A stretch of DNA of 64,000 nt from assembly GCA_964523905.1 (NCBI GenBank), contig CAZFYQ010000003.1, positions 28,976 through 92,975 of the forward strand, given 5' to 3'. Shown one piece after another: positions 48,818-57,922 of this stretch; positions within the stretch are counted from its first letter, which is position 1, and every line of letters starts with the position of its first letter. Both the position numbers and the translations under genes were made by a program. Under the pieces are notes generated by a model, which ran no database searches, was not told the origin of the DNA, and saw nothing but the letters and a program-made list of their open reading frames with translations. The DNA is from an uncultured Gammaproteobacteria bacterium (lineage in GTDB: Bacteria > Patescibacteriota > Microgenomatia > Daviesbacterales > UBA10151).

Positions 48818-49417
48818 TTAGCTTGTAAATGATTCCTGATAATGTTCCTGTTGTTCCTTAGGAGTTGGAAGCTGATAAAGAGACGCACCGTCAATTTCAT
48901 TATACAACTGTGTAAGCTGGTCAGGTTTTAATAGGTAATTACCAGGATAACTGGTTTTATATTTGGCGGCATTAAAAAAGTGAGGGACTTGGTAGGGATC
49001 CTTGATTTTTCCAGTCTTCCAATCCACTCTCTCATTTGGAACTAACTCTATTGGACCCCTGATTTGAGCTCCAGTAATATTTGCCACAGCCCACATTTCC
49101 ACCTCAGTCTTTGATCCTAAACCAATTCTTACTTTGTCAGAGTCGAATTTCTGACCTTGAGTTGATAGCTTCTCTGCAAGTCGTTCCCAGATTTTCTTAG
49201 TGGATGCTTCTATTTGCTGGGCTTCATTTTCATTGGGAATATATCTTCCAATACGAGGGTGATAAATTGGAACATTAATTTTCCAAAACCGCATATATGT
49301 CCAACGACTATCAAAATTAAAATGATGAGCAACCTCACTAGCCTGTTTTCCTGCTTCTGCATTCATAACCTGAAGAGTATACAGCGATTTTATTTTTTTA
49401 CAAGCCTGTAGGCTCAT
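48818..49417 (-). CDS. Hypothetical protein (cassette gene 2)
   Basis: ORF whose start overlaps the upstream gene by 20 nt; no motif recognised. Confidence 0.4.
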   Translation of the reverse strand: MSLQACKKIKSLYTLQVMNAEAGKQASEVAHHFNFDSRWTYMRFWKINVPIYHPRIGRYIPNENEAQQIEASTKKIWERLAEKLSTQGQKFDSDKVRIGLGSKTEVEMWAVANITGAQIRGPIELVPNERVDWKTGKIKDPYQVPHFFNAAKYKTSYPGNYLLKPDQLTQLYNEIDGASLYQLPTPKEQQEHYQESFTS

Positions 49418-50075
49418 TCCAATATGCTTCGTAATGAGGACTCACCGGAAGCTGCTTGTCGTAAGTATCTATCATTGCTTCGATCAGGTGATCATATATT
49501 CCATTTTTGACTTCTATGTATTTTTGACCAGGAGGAGTTCTTTTGCCTAGGGCTTCTGTAACCTCATCTTCAGTTGGTTGATAAAACAATGTTGCTTTCT
49601 TAATTCTGCTAAATGGAAAAATACCCTCGGGTAACCTAGAACTACTATCCCTATAAGGCCAATCTTTTCTACCTACACCAATTTCTGGATCAAATTCCAT
49701 TCTAAGGTGATCAAATATAGTACGACTAACCACGCCCGAAACATAACAAGGCAATTTACGCTCATCATTCCTACCCACTGTTGCTGTATAGAGTTTAGGA
49801 AAAGGGATTAAAATAGAATCAGCAAAAGATTCACCCTGCACATCACTCATTATTAAATTTCTTTTACCATCGACCTCCATACCAGCAACTATAGTCTCGC
49901 CCATTCTTAGGCCTACATAGTTCAATTGAGCGCTTAGAAAATCATATGTGGATACAGGTTTGGACTTTGGAGATATTGGTGTAGTTTCTGCTGGAGAATC
50001 TTTTAGAGAAAGGGCATTTCTTACTCTTCCCCAAAGTGCTTGAGTTGTTCTTTCTACTTGTGCACCGACTGCCAT
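49398..50075 (-). CDS. Hypothetical protein (cassette gene 1)
   Basis: ORF 24 nt downstream of the transglutaminase-like gene; no motif recognised. Confidence 0.4.
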   Translation of the reverse strand: MAVGAQVERTTQALWGRVRNALSLKDSPAETTPISPKSKPVSTYDFLSAQLNYVGLRMGETIVAGMEVDGKRNLIMSDVQGESFADSILIPFPKLYTATVGRNDERKLPCYVSGVVSRTIFDHLRMEFDPEIGVGRKDWPYRDSSSRLPEGIFPFSRIKKATLFYQPTEDEVTEALGKRTPPGQKYIEVKNGIYDHLIEAMIDTYDKQLPVSPHYEAYWNEPTGL

Positions 50076-50099
50076 ATTATTTACGAGTATATCACTGGA

Positions 50100-52028
50100 T
50101 TATTTTTTTACAATAGTCTTTTTGAAGCGGCGGCGGTAAATTAGGCCGCCTAAAATTACCAAATATGTGACTCCCATTAAAGAAATAATGCCAATAGCGA
50201 TTAAAGGCACGGTTTGGAAAATAAAGAAAGGCTGGATCGAGACATCTTTAGTAAACTTTTGTGAGCCTACTGATACCACAATTTGATCATTAAAGCGATC
50301 AAACAAAGAAGTAGTTCTGGTATTAAAATCAAAGCTGGCCGTGCCAAAAGGAGCTACTGGTCCTAGATTTTGAGTCCCACCCCCCAGAATCAGAAGTTTA
50401 GAGGAAGCGACGCTCAGTGAATCCGGCGGATAAACTGAATTACCAAGATTGGAAATTTTAACTGTTACTTTTCCCGGGAAACCAGCCCATATTGGGTTGG
50501 AATTTTCAATCTGCACATTAAGTTGTGGCTTACCTAAGAAATCATTATCAGACAAAGTAACTTTAACATCATGAGTATCCTGACCCGGATATTTATAGGA
50601 ACCAGCCGGAATCGGAGACACTGAAGATGTACCCTTAATGGCAAAGGTAAAGTGATTTAAGTCCAGTTTATTAAAATAATCCACACCTCCTGTGGTATTT
50701 TCCCAAGTTGGATCAACCATCACCCAACCTTTGGACTCATCCCAATATTCCGGCCAAGCATGTAAAACATCTTTAGAAAAAGACAACGGACGAAGCGTCG
50801 GATTAGAAGTATAGGCAAAACCATCCAGCTCCCGGGTGGGAATTCCAGCAGCACGGGCCAAAGCAATAAATAAATCCGTAAACTCCATACAAACTGCTTG
50901 AGTGGGATTGTTTAAGATAGCCACAGCTCCCAGACGTTCAATATTGTCATTAATCCGACCAGGATCATAAGTTAAGGTATTAACCACGTAATGATAAATT
51001 AAACGGGCTTTTTCAGTGGGATTTTGGGGCGGATTTGTTCCTAGGATTTCCGCTAATTTAGACTGAATTTGCGGATTATCCTTTTCCCAGTATTTATCGG
51101 TTTTGGTGTAGGCTTGCCTTAAATTATCAGGTAGCTCCGGATTTTTAACTTTACTATTGGTATAAAGCTTGGCTGAACCATTGACCTTAACATCTAATTT
51201 TTCTCCCCTGGTCAGCCGATACCAAGCCAAGTAGTTACCGTCATCATCTACTGTGACATTTTCCGGCTTAGGTTCGATTCTTGATGTAATCACATCCTGA
51301 TAAGCAGTGTCCGGAGGAAGTGCCACGCTGGTTAAAATTGGCACCAGGTTGGTGTTTTCTAAATGGTAAGTGAGGTCAAAGTCAAATAGTTGAAAAGTAC
51401 CAAAAGAAGCAGAGACACCGGATTGCTGCAGTTGGTCTTTAGAAAATGTCAAAAACATCCGGTCCCCGGAGACAGTTTGGGTTTTAGGAGTTGGGGCAAT
51501 CAAGCTGGGATCACCAAAAGATGTAGGCACGGAAATAGTCAGGTTATAACTTTCTAAATTACCGGAAGAAACCTTGGGAGCACGCACTTCCCAAACTTTA
51601 CCAGTACGTTCTGCAAAATCTTTGGATTTAAATTGCAAAGTCCAGGGTAAGATTTTATCTTTTCCCACCACCTGAGAATTAAACTTAACTGAAAGAGTGG
51701 TAGAAGTCCCGGTCTGCTGCTGTGAAACCGGCATTGGGCCAGTTGCATCTGAGGCTTTTAAATCATAAATCTGAGTGGCACCAATAATTAATTTAAATTC
51801 AGAAGCATAGTATTCGGAGGTTAAATTACGCAGATTAACTTTTTCAGTAACTGTAGTTACTCCATCAGTACCTACATCATAGGCCACATCATAGGCTGTG
51901 GAAAATTGCGAGGTAGTGGGGGCTGAAGTATCAGCAGCATATACATATGTAGGCAGCAGGCTGTAGGCAACAGGCATCAGTAGAACTAAGGCTAGGAATA
52001 CTGAGAGAAGTTTATGCAAAATCCGCAT
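50100..52028 (-). CDS. Transglutaminase-like cysteine protease superfamily protein, secreted with C-terminal TM anchor
   Basis: Signal peptide. Cys-His-Asp core: AVCMEFTDLFIALARAAGIPTR ... LHAWPEYW ... VMVDPTW. C-terminal hydrophobic helix followed by RRRFKKT. Confidence 0.75.
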   Translation of the reverse strand: MRILHKLLSVFLALVLLMPVAYSLLPTYVYAADTSAPTTSQFSTAYDVAYDVGTDGVTTVTEKVNLRNLTSEYYASEFKLIIGATQIYDLKASDATGPMPVSQQQTGTSTTLSVKFNSQVVGKDKILPWTLQFKSKDFAERTGKVWEVRAPKVSSGNLESYNLTISVPTSFGDPSLIAPTPKTQTVSGDRMFLTFSKDQLQQSGVSASFGTFQLFDFDLTYHLENTNLVPILTSVALPPDTAYQDVITSRIEPKPENVTVDDDGNYLAWYRLTRGEKLDVKVNGSAKLYTNSKVKNPELPDNLRQAYTKTDKYWEKDNPQIQSKLAEILGTNPPQNPTEKARLIYHYVVNTLTYDPGRINDNIERLGAVAILNNPTQAVCMEFTDLFIALARAAGIPTRELDGFAYTSNPTLRPLSFSKDVLHAWPEYWDESKGWVMVDPTWENTTGGVDYFNKLDLNHFTFAIKGTSSVSPIPAGSYKYPGQDTHDVKVTLSDNDFLGKPQLNVQIENSNPIWAGFPGKVTVKISNLGNSVYPPDSLSVASSKLLILGGGTQNLGPVAPFGTASFDFNTRTTSLFDRFNDQIVVSVGSQKFTKDVSIQPFFIFQTVPLIAIGIISLMGVTYLVILGGLIYRRRFKKTIVKK

Positions 52029-52122
52029 GAAGATATTGTAACAAACTCAAAATTTTATTGCATTTAGTTTGATATAGATAATGTGTCTTGTTATTTAAAA
52101 CTTTGAATATTATTATCAAACT

Positions 52123-52503
52123 ATGGCTGATGATACTATCAAGCAAATTTCTCAACTTTTAGATTCAAAAATCAAACCATTACATGGAGAAATAGCCAAA
52201 ATTCACCATGATTTATCTGATCTTAGGTCTTCTTATCTACAAAATAGTGTTGGAATAAAAAATATTAGAAATGATACCGCTAGAATTGATAGTGAGTTAG
52301 AAAATATCAGAGGATCACTTGAAAATCCCGATATTGGATTGAAAACGATAAATGAAAAGCTAGATCTTCAGGCTGAAATGTTAGATAATCACACTGAAAC
52401 TCTCAATGATATGGCTGTAAAAGTAGAAAAAAGACTAGGTTCGTTAGAAGACGGTGCAGATATTAAAGTTTCTCCTAAACTCCAATTAGTTGATATTGCC
52501 TAA
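52123..52503 (+). CDS. Hypothetical coiled-coil protein
   Basis: Heptad-rich ORF convergent with uvrA. Confidence 0.35.
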   Translation: MADDTIKQISQLLDSKIKPLHGEIAKIHHDLSDLRSSYLQNSVGIKNIRNDTARIDSELENIRGSLENPDIGLKTINEKLDLQAEMLDNHTETLNDMAVKVEKRLGSLEDGADIKVSPKLQLVDIA

Positions 52504-55439
52504 ATAATTTTGGCTAAGTAGTGGCCGGTGTGGGAGGTTTTGACTTTGGCAACTTGGGCAGGAGTGCCTTCGGCAATGACTTGACCGCCACCAGTACCAC
52601 CTTCCGGACCCAGATCAATAATCCAGTCAGTATTTTTAATTACATCCAAGTTATGTTCAATAATAATGACGGTGTTACCAAAATTAACTAGTTTTCTAAG
52701 GATCGCCAGTAGTCTTTCAATGTCTGCAAAGTGCAAACCAGTGGTTGGTTCATCTAAGATATAAATGGTTTGCCCGGTTTGTCTTTTGGACAGTTCACTG
52801 GATAATTTAATCCTCTGGGCTTCCCCACCTGACAAAGTCGGAGCCGGCTGACCCAAGCGGATATAACTCAAACCAACATCATTTAATACCTGGATTTTGT
52901 TTTTAATATTAGGGATATTTTCAAAGAATTTTAAGGCTTCTTCTACAGTCATTTCCAACACTTCTGAGATATTTTTATCCTTAAAATGAATGTCTAAAGC
53001 TTCACGGTTATAGCGTTTACCACCACAAGCCTCACAAGTGACATAAACATCCGGCAAAAACTGCATTTCTATTTTAATTTGACCCTCTCCTTCACAAACT
53101 TCACAGCGGCCTCCTTTAACATTAAAACTAAATCTACCCGGACCATATCCGCGGATTTTAGCCTCGGGTGATGCAGCAAATAATTCCCTAATAAAAGTGA
53201 AGGCGCCGGTATAAGTGGCTGGGTTAGACCTGGGGGTACGTCCGATGGGTGACTGATCAACCAAGATCACTTTGTCTATTTTGTCAGCGCCTTCCATTGA
53301 CTTAAACTGGCCGGGTTTTTGCCTAGAACCGTACACTTTTTGAGCCAAAGCCCGGTATAAAATATCATGTACTAAAGTGGATTTACCGGATCCAGATACT
53401 CCGGTTACTGCTACAAACTGTCCAAATGGAAAAGTGACTGTGACATTTTGTAAATTGTGCTCAGAAGCTCCGGTTAAAGTTAGTTTGCCCATATCTACGT
53501 ATGGCCGCTGCAGTTCTTCAGAGATTTTGACAGTTCTTTTGCCAGATAGATATTGGCCGGTTAAAGAATCAGGATTTTTTTTGATCTCATCAGGAGTACC
53601 AATGGCCACAATTCTACCGCCATGTTCCCCTGCTCCTGGTCCAATTTCTACCATTAAATCAGCTGCTTCCATGGTTTCTGAATCATGCTCATTAACCACT
53701 ACGGTATTACCTAAATCTCGCAGGCGTTTTAGAGTCTCAATCAAACGAGTGTTATCCCTTTGATGTAAGCCAATTGATGGTTCATCCAAAACATAGAGCA
53801 CTCCGGATAAACCTGAGCCGATTTGAGAGGCTAAACGGATTCTTTGAGCTTCACCACCAGCTAGAGTCATGGAAGCCCGGTCAATGGTTAGATAATCCAA
53901 ACCAACATCAACCAAAAACTTTAGACGCGAGATTATCTCTTTCAAAATAGATTTAGCAATTTGTTTTTCTCTTTCAGATAGTAATGGATCCAGTTTACTA
54001 AACCAATTCAAAGCCTCGTTAATAGCCTGAGTAGTAACCTCGGAGATATTTAAGCCATCTATTGTTATTCCTAACGCTTCCGGTTTCAGTCTGGCTCCAT
54101 GACACTCGGGACAAATCTCGGTTAACATGTATTTTTCGATCTCGGCTTTAACAAAATCCGATTCAGTTTCTTTATATCTTCGCTCCAAATACGTAATAAT
54201 ACCTTCAAAATTACTGTCAAAATGAGTCCAACGACCAAAACGATTTTGCCCTTGTACTTTAAATACTTCACCGCCAGTCCCATTTAATAGAATCTGTCGG
54301 GCTTTTTCTGACAACTGACCCAGGCGGGTACTTAAATCAAAGTCATATTCTTTACCAACAGCTTCAATTAAACGGGTAAACCAGGTTTCACTGCTACCCA
54401 GTTTGCTCCAAGGTAAGATTCCGCCTTCGGCAATCGACAGGATTGGATTTAGCACTAAACTGGAATCTATTTTTAACAAGGTACCCAAGCCAGTACACTT
54501 GGTACAGGCCCCGTGAGGTGAATTAAAAGAAAAGGTCCGCGGTTCGATTTCCGGCAAGGAAATATTGTCTACCGGACAAGCAAAACGCTCGGAATAAAGA
54601 TGATCCTCCATTTTTTTAGGATTGGTGGGAAATTCCAGGGATTTGTCCATTACATCTGCCACAACTACTGATCCCTCCCCTAATTTTAAGGCTGTTTCAA
54701 TACTTTGAGTTAAACGGGAAATAATATTAGGATCTTTGGTACTCTTTTTATCCAAAACCAGCCGGTCAATCACAGCATCAATAGTATGTTTGTTGGTTTT
54801 AATTAATACTAAGTCATCACTTAAATCACTAACCTGCCCATCAACGCGCACCTTAGAGAAACCTTTTTTTCGAAGGTCCTCAAATACTGATGAATACTCA
54901 CCTTTACGGTCTTTGACAACCGGAGCTAAGATCATTATCCTTCTCCCTGCGTTGCCTGTTGCCTGTTGCCTGTTGCCTGTAATCTGTTCCACTATCTGCT
55001 GCACTGACATTTGAGTGATTTCCCGGCCACAAATTGGACAATGTGGGTGACCAACACGGGCGAATAACAACCTCATATAGTCATAAATTTCCGTGGTAGT
55101 TCCCACAGTGGAACGCGGATTATGGGAAGCGGATTTTTGATCAATAGAAATAGCCGGTGATAAACCTTCAATATTATCTACATCAGGCTTGTCCATTACT
55201 CCCAAAAACTGCCGGGCATAGGCTGAAAGGGATTCTACATAACGGCGTTGGCCCTCTGCATAAAGAGTATCAAAAGATAAGGAGGATTTGCCTGATCCGG
55301 AAATTCCAGTAATCACCACTAATTTGTCCTTTGGAATTTCCAAATCAATGTTTTTGAGGTTATGTTGTCTGGCCCCTCGTATGATAATTTTATCTGCTGC
55401 CATAGTTTTCCCGAAGAATGAAGAGTCTATTATAACCAA
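52500..55439 (-). CDS. uvrA: Excinuclease ABC subunit A
   Basis: Two ABC modules ([10 protein letters not shown] / [10 protein letters not shown] Walker A, LSGGE signatures), Zn-finger Cys pairs, and [13 protein letters not shown]. Confidence 0.95.
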   Translation of the reverse strand: MVIIDSSFFGKTMAADKIIIRGARQHNLKNIDLEIPKDKLVVITGISGSGKSSLSFDTLYAEGQRRYVESLSAYARQFLGVMDKPDVDNIEGLSPAISIDQKSASHNPRSTVGTTTEIYDYMRLLFARVGHPHCPICGREITQMSVQQIVEQITGNRQQATGNAGRRIMILAPVVKDRKGEYSSVFEDLRKKGFSKVRVDGQVSDLSDDLVLIKTNKHTIDAVIDRLVLDKKSTKDPNIISRLTQSIETALKLGEGSVVVADVMDKSLEFPTNPKKMEDHLYSERFACPVDNISLPEIEPRTFSFNSPHGACTKCTGLGTLLKIDSSLVLNPILSIAEGGILPWSKLGSSETWFTRLIEAVGKEYDFDLSTRLGQLSEKARQILLNGTGGEVFKVQGQNRFGRWTHFDSNFEGIITYLERRYKETESDFVKAEIEKYMLTEICPECHGARLKPEALGITIDGLNISEVTTQAINEALNWFSKLDPLLSEREKQIAKSILKEIISRLKFLVDVGLDYLTIDRASMTLAGGEAQRIRLASQIGSGLSGVLYVLDEPSIGLHQRDNTRLIETLKRLRDLGNTVVVNEHDSETMEAADLMVEIGPGAGEHGGRIVAIGTPDEIKKNPDSLTGQYLSGKRTVKISEELQRPYVDMGKLTLTGASEHNLQNVTVTFPFGQFVAVTGVSGSGKSTLVHDILYRALAQKVYGSRQKPGQFKSMEGADKIDKVILVDQSPIGRTPRSNPATYTGAFTFIRELFAASPEAKIRGYGPGRFSFNVKGGRCEVCEGEGQIKIEMQFLPDVYVTCEACGGKRYNREALDIHFKDKNISEVLEMTVEEALKFFENIPNIKNKIQVLNDVGLSYIRLGQPAPTLSGGEAQRIKLSSELSKRQTGQTIYILDEPTTGLHFADIERLLAILRKLVNFGNTVIIIEHNLDVIKNTDWIIDLGPEGGTGGGQVIAEGTPAQVAKVKTSHTGHYLAKII
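54952..54979. repeat. Perfect heptanucleotide tandem repeat (ttgcctg x4) inside the uvrA ORF
   Basis: Four exact units followed by a degenerate fifth (taatctg). They encode the loop insert [10 protein letters not shown] of UvrA. Confidence 0.8.
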
Positions 55440-55474
55440 CTTAGCAAGATTATGGAAGACCCTATTAGACTAAT

Positions 55475-55503
55475 TTGACATCTAAATATAACTATGAGAT
55501 TAT
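55475..55503 (+). promoter_or_regulatory. Sigma70-like promoter TTGACA-17-GATTAT abutting the ATG at 55511 (leaderless-type)
   Basis: Sequence match. The predicted transcription start coincides with the start codon. Confidence 0.4.
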
Positions 55504-55510
55504 TTGGCCA

Positions 55511-55828
55511 ATGAGACGATATGATGGGGAACCAAATCTAGGCAATGAATTAATAAAATATGCCGCAAGAAAATTTGAAGGATCTCCGCTGAGTGAGTCC
55601 CTAAGAAGGGTATGGGAACAAATACCGGCTTATCCGATAAAAGAATCTGAACCTATTACTGCCGCTGCGGCACTGGCAACTAGCATGTTAGTTTCTATCC
55701 CCGGAATGATTGCAATAAATGAAGGCATAAAGCATGAAAACTACGCAGAAACTGCATTAGGACTAGCTTGGGTGGCATTACAATATGCAATTATTCGGGT
55801 AAGCGTCGGCCGTGGTATCGGAAGATAA
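55511..55828 (+). CDS. Hypothetical small protein (105 aa)
   Basis: ORF. The track begins it at a TTG (55475) that is the -35 box. Confidence 0.35.
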   Translation: MRRYDGEPNLGNELIKYAARKFEGSPLSESLRRVWEQIPAYPIKESEPITAAAALATSMLVSIPGMIAINEGIKHENYAETALGLAWVALQYAIIRVSVGRGIGR

Positions 55829-55837
55829 ATTAATTAG

Positions 55838-55882
55838 TTAATTCTTTAATTTGATCTCTGATTCTGGCTGCTTCTTCAAAGA
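55838..55882. repeat. Direct repeat copy A of the uvrB 3' end (~45 nt)
   Basis: About 87% identical to 57931-57975. On the minus strand it encodes FEEAARIRDQIKELTN-stop, i.e. the UvrB C-terminal UVR motif, preceded in frame by a stop. Confidence 0.8.
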
Positions 55883-55906
55883 ATTATACCGTGGTATAAT
55901 TGGATT

Positions 55907-56107
55907 ATGAATAATGCTTCATATATAGCCATTCAAAAGAAATATCCAGGTAAATTAGTAGCCATTTCTAAGCAAGAAGGAAAAGTAGTAGCTTCTGGTA
56001 AATCCTCCGAGGTTCTGGAAAAAGAACTTAAAAGGAAAAAACTCAATCCCAGTGAATATCTTTTCCTTGGACCAATTGAGCGATATAATCAGATTAGTGT
56101 CTACTAA
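55907..56107 (+). CDS. Small hypothetical protein (66 aa), possibly DUF5678-like
   Basis: Motif YPGKLVAISKQEGKVVASGKSSEVLEKELKRK. A TGgTATAAT extended -10 sits immediately upstream, partly inside repeat A. Confidence 0.4.
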   Translation: MNNASYIAIQKKYPGKLVAISKQEGKVVASGKSSEVLEKELKRKKLNPSEYLFLGPIERYNQISVY

Positions 56108-56266
56108 AATCGTTTTTCCCTATGGGTCAAGAGAAATTCACCGTTCGCTGTTACTTTGTTAAAAGTAATACCCTTCCTCTTCTAGGAAGAATTGATATTT
56201 GGAATAAGTTTAATTTGTTTTTTGATAATAAAAAAGAGCAGGTGGTTTTCGAAAAGTTTTAAAGAC

Positions 56267-56310
56267 TTAATTCTTTAATTTGGTCACGGATTCTTCGGCT
56301 TCTCCAAAGT
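56267..56310. repeat. Direct repeat copy B of the uvrB 3' end (more diverged)
   Basis: ttaattctttaatttggtcacggattcttcggcttctccaaagt is about 80% identical to the uvrB terminus. Confidence 0.7.
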
Positions 56311-56338
56311 TGATTTTCTAGGCTAAATGTCCTATAAT
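56310..56338 (+). promoter_or_regulatory. Near-consensus sigma70 promoter TTGATT-17-TATAAT
   Basis: The -10 ends 6 nt before the ATG at 56345, so a leaderless transcript is predicted. Confidence 0.5.
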
Positions 56339-56344
56339 ATACAG

Positions 56345-57403
56345 ATGCAGTCACCTGACCGACAACCAACATATACAAGACGCGAAGCCATGGGCTTAAT
56401 TGGAGGGCTATTTATAGTAGCTAGTGGAATCGAAAGTGCATGTGGTCCTACTCCTTCATCTGAACCCATTCGAAGTAAATTCCCTACTGCTATTACAGCA
56501 CCGAAGGATATTGTAAGTACTATTACTGAACTTGAAAATAAACAGTCTAAAACTCAACTCCCTAGTATAGCAACCCTTACTGAACATAGCCGACTAGTGG
56601 CAGAATATTATACTCAGGCAACAGGCTCAGAAATTAATGCTTCAAGTCTTGCATCGAGAATCCATTTAGTAACGCAGGCGGAATTTAGAAGTTTGGTAGT
56701 AAAGGCAAATTCGCCCCATGTTGATGCAAGTGATGTTGATTCCGTACCGATGATGACCGATATAGCCCAGCCTGATCGACCAATTTATTCCAATATCCAA
56801 CATAAAGGTTACCTTTCCTCTAGCTTAGTTGATATACGATGGGTTAGCCCACAGGCAGATGCTGTAACTAAAATTAAAAGGACACCCATGGAATTATTTA
56901 GAGTAGCCTTACTTCATGAATTTATTCATTCAGATTTAATCACTAAATCTATCTCCCAGATGCTTAATTTAGAGAATGGCCGATTCGAGACAAAACAAGC
57001 TAATGGTTTTCAAGTAGAAGGCACATTAACTGACAGCAAGGAGCCTAAAACAATTTTTCTAGAAATTGAGGAATCTAGTGCTGTAACTCTAAGCGGCTTT
57101 TTAAACCGACCATTCACTGATGGTAAATTTATAGTACCTGACTTTGGAATTCCAGAAATCATGGGAGGTACTGTAATGCTATACAAGCTAATCACCGAAA
57201 ATGGATTGGATTATTTAGATATTGCCAGGCTGCATCGATCATCTGAAGTATTAGAAACTATGGACTTTTTAAGATCCTCACTACCAGCATTAAAAAACCC
57301 AGTACCCTCTACAAACTGGGAAATGTTAGGTGAACTAAGTAAGGGTAGCCCAAAAGGATTTAATAATTTATTTGTAGAACCTGTATTAACTAACGGTCTA
57401 TAA
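56345..57403 (+). CDS. Secreted/lipoprotein-like putative zinc metallopeptidase (HExxH)
   Basis: RR-containing hydrophobic N-terminus TRREAMGLIGGLFIVASGIESACG and HExxH in ALLHEFIHSDL. The track start at 56327 falls inside the promoter. Confidence 0.5.
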   Translation: MQSPDRQPTYTRREAMGLIGGLFIVASGIESACGPTPSSEPIRSKFPTAITAPKDIVSTITELENKQSKTQLPSIATLTEHSRLVAEYYTQATGSEINASSLASRIHLVTQAEFRSLVVKANSPHVDASDVDSVPMMTDIAQPDRPIYSNIQHKGYLSSSLVDIRWVSPQADAVTKIKRTPMELFRVALLHEFIHSDLITKSISQMLNLENGRFETKQANGFQVEGTLTDSKEPKTIFLEIEESSAVTLSGFLNRPFTDGKFIVPDFGIPEIMGGTVMLYKLITENGLDYLDIARLHRSSEVLETMDFLRSSLPALKNPVPSTNWEMLGELSKGSPKGFNNLFVEPVLTNGL

Positions 57404-57451
57404 TATAGCGATCAACGAATTACTCTAAAACCAGCTAGAAAACTTTAAGGA

Positions 57452-57562
57452 TTATTTACGTGTCTTGCTGCCGTAGCGCATAGTAGCATAGGCCACAATC
57501 GCAATTGCTAAGGCTAAAATTGCAAGTATTAAATAAAAAATGTAGAGTCCATCAATAATCAT
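57452..57562 (-). CDS. Small hydrophobic peptide (36 aa)
   Basis: MIIDGLYIFYLILAILALAIAIVAYATMRYGSKTRK: a single TM helix with a basic tail. Below the ORF-track cutoff. Confidence 0.35.
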   Translation of the reverse strand: MIIDGLYIFYLILAILALAIAIVAYATMRYGSKTRK

Positions 57563-57587
57563 ATGAACCGTATTTATAAAGTGCTAA

Positions 57588-57695
57588 TTAGGATTTCTTT
57601 TGGGAAACTAGGTAAGCTAATACGATCAAAATCATTACCACACCACCTGCAATATAAAAGAGTAAAATTCCATTAGTTGCGTTATCGATATTCAT
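57588..57695 (-). CDS. Small hydrophobic peptide (35 aa), paralog of the 36-aa peptide
   Basis: MNIDNATNGILLFYIAGGVVMILIVLAYLVSQKKS. Same architecture: MxID, TM helix, basic tail. Confidence 0.35.
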   Translation of the reverse strand: MNIDNATNGILLFYIAGGVVMILIVLAYLVSQKKS

Positions 57696-57698
57696 AAT

Positions 57699-57902
57699 TT
57701 ATAGTTTTCCTTTCTCAGCAAATAAAGCTGAAAAATATACTGCCATAATAGTTAGTAACAAACCTAATGATATCACAAACCAACTATTGTTAACAATGGA
57801 ACCTGTAAAAAAAGGTAGAATCAAGGAAGCTAGAAAAACTGCTGAAAATCCAGAAAAAATCGAAGAAAAAGCCTTATAAGAGGACTTAGTAAATTTGAAC
57901 AT
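57699..57902 (-). CDS. Small membrane protein (67 aa, two TM helices)
   Basis: ORF immediately downstream of uvrB on the same strand. Confidence 0.4.
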   Translation of the reverse strand: MFKFTKSSYKAFSSIFSGFSAVFLASLILPFFTGSIVNNSWFVISLGLLLTIMAVYFSALFAEKGKL

Positions 57903-57922
57903 AATTTTATTATAGCAAATGA

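Noticed and set aside
53069-55014. Several 60-130 aa ORFs inside uvrA on either strand
   Set aside because: They are shadow ORFs within a well-supported 979-aa uvrA reading frame.
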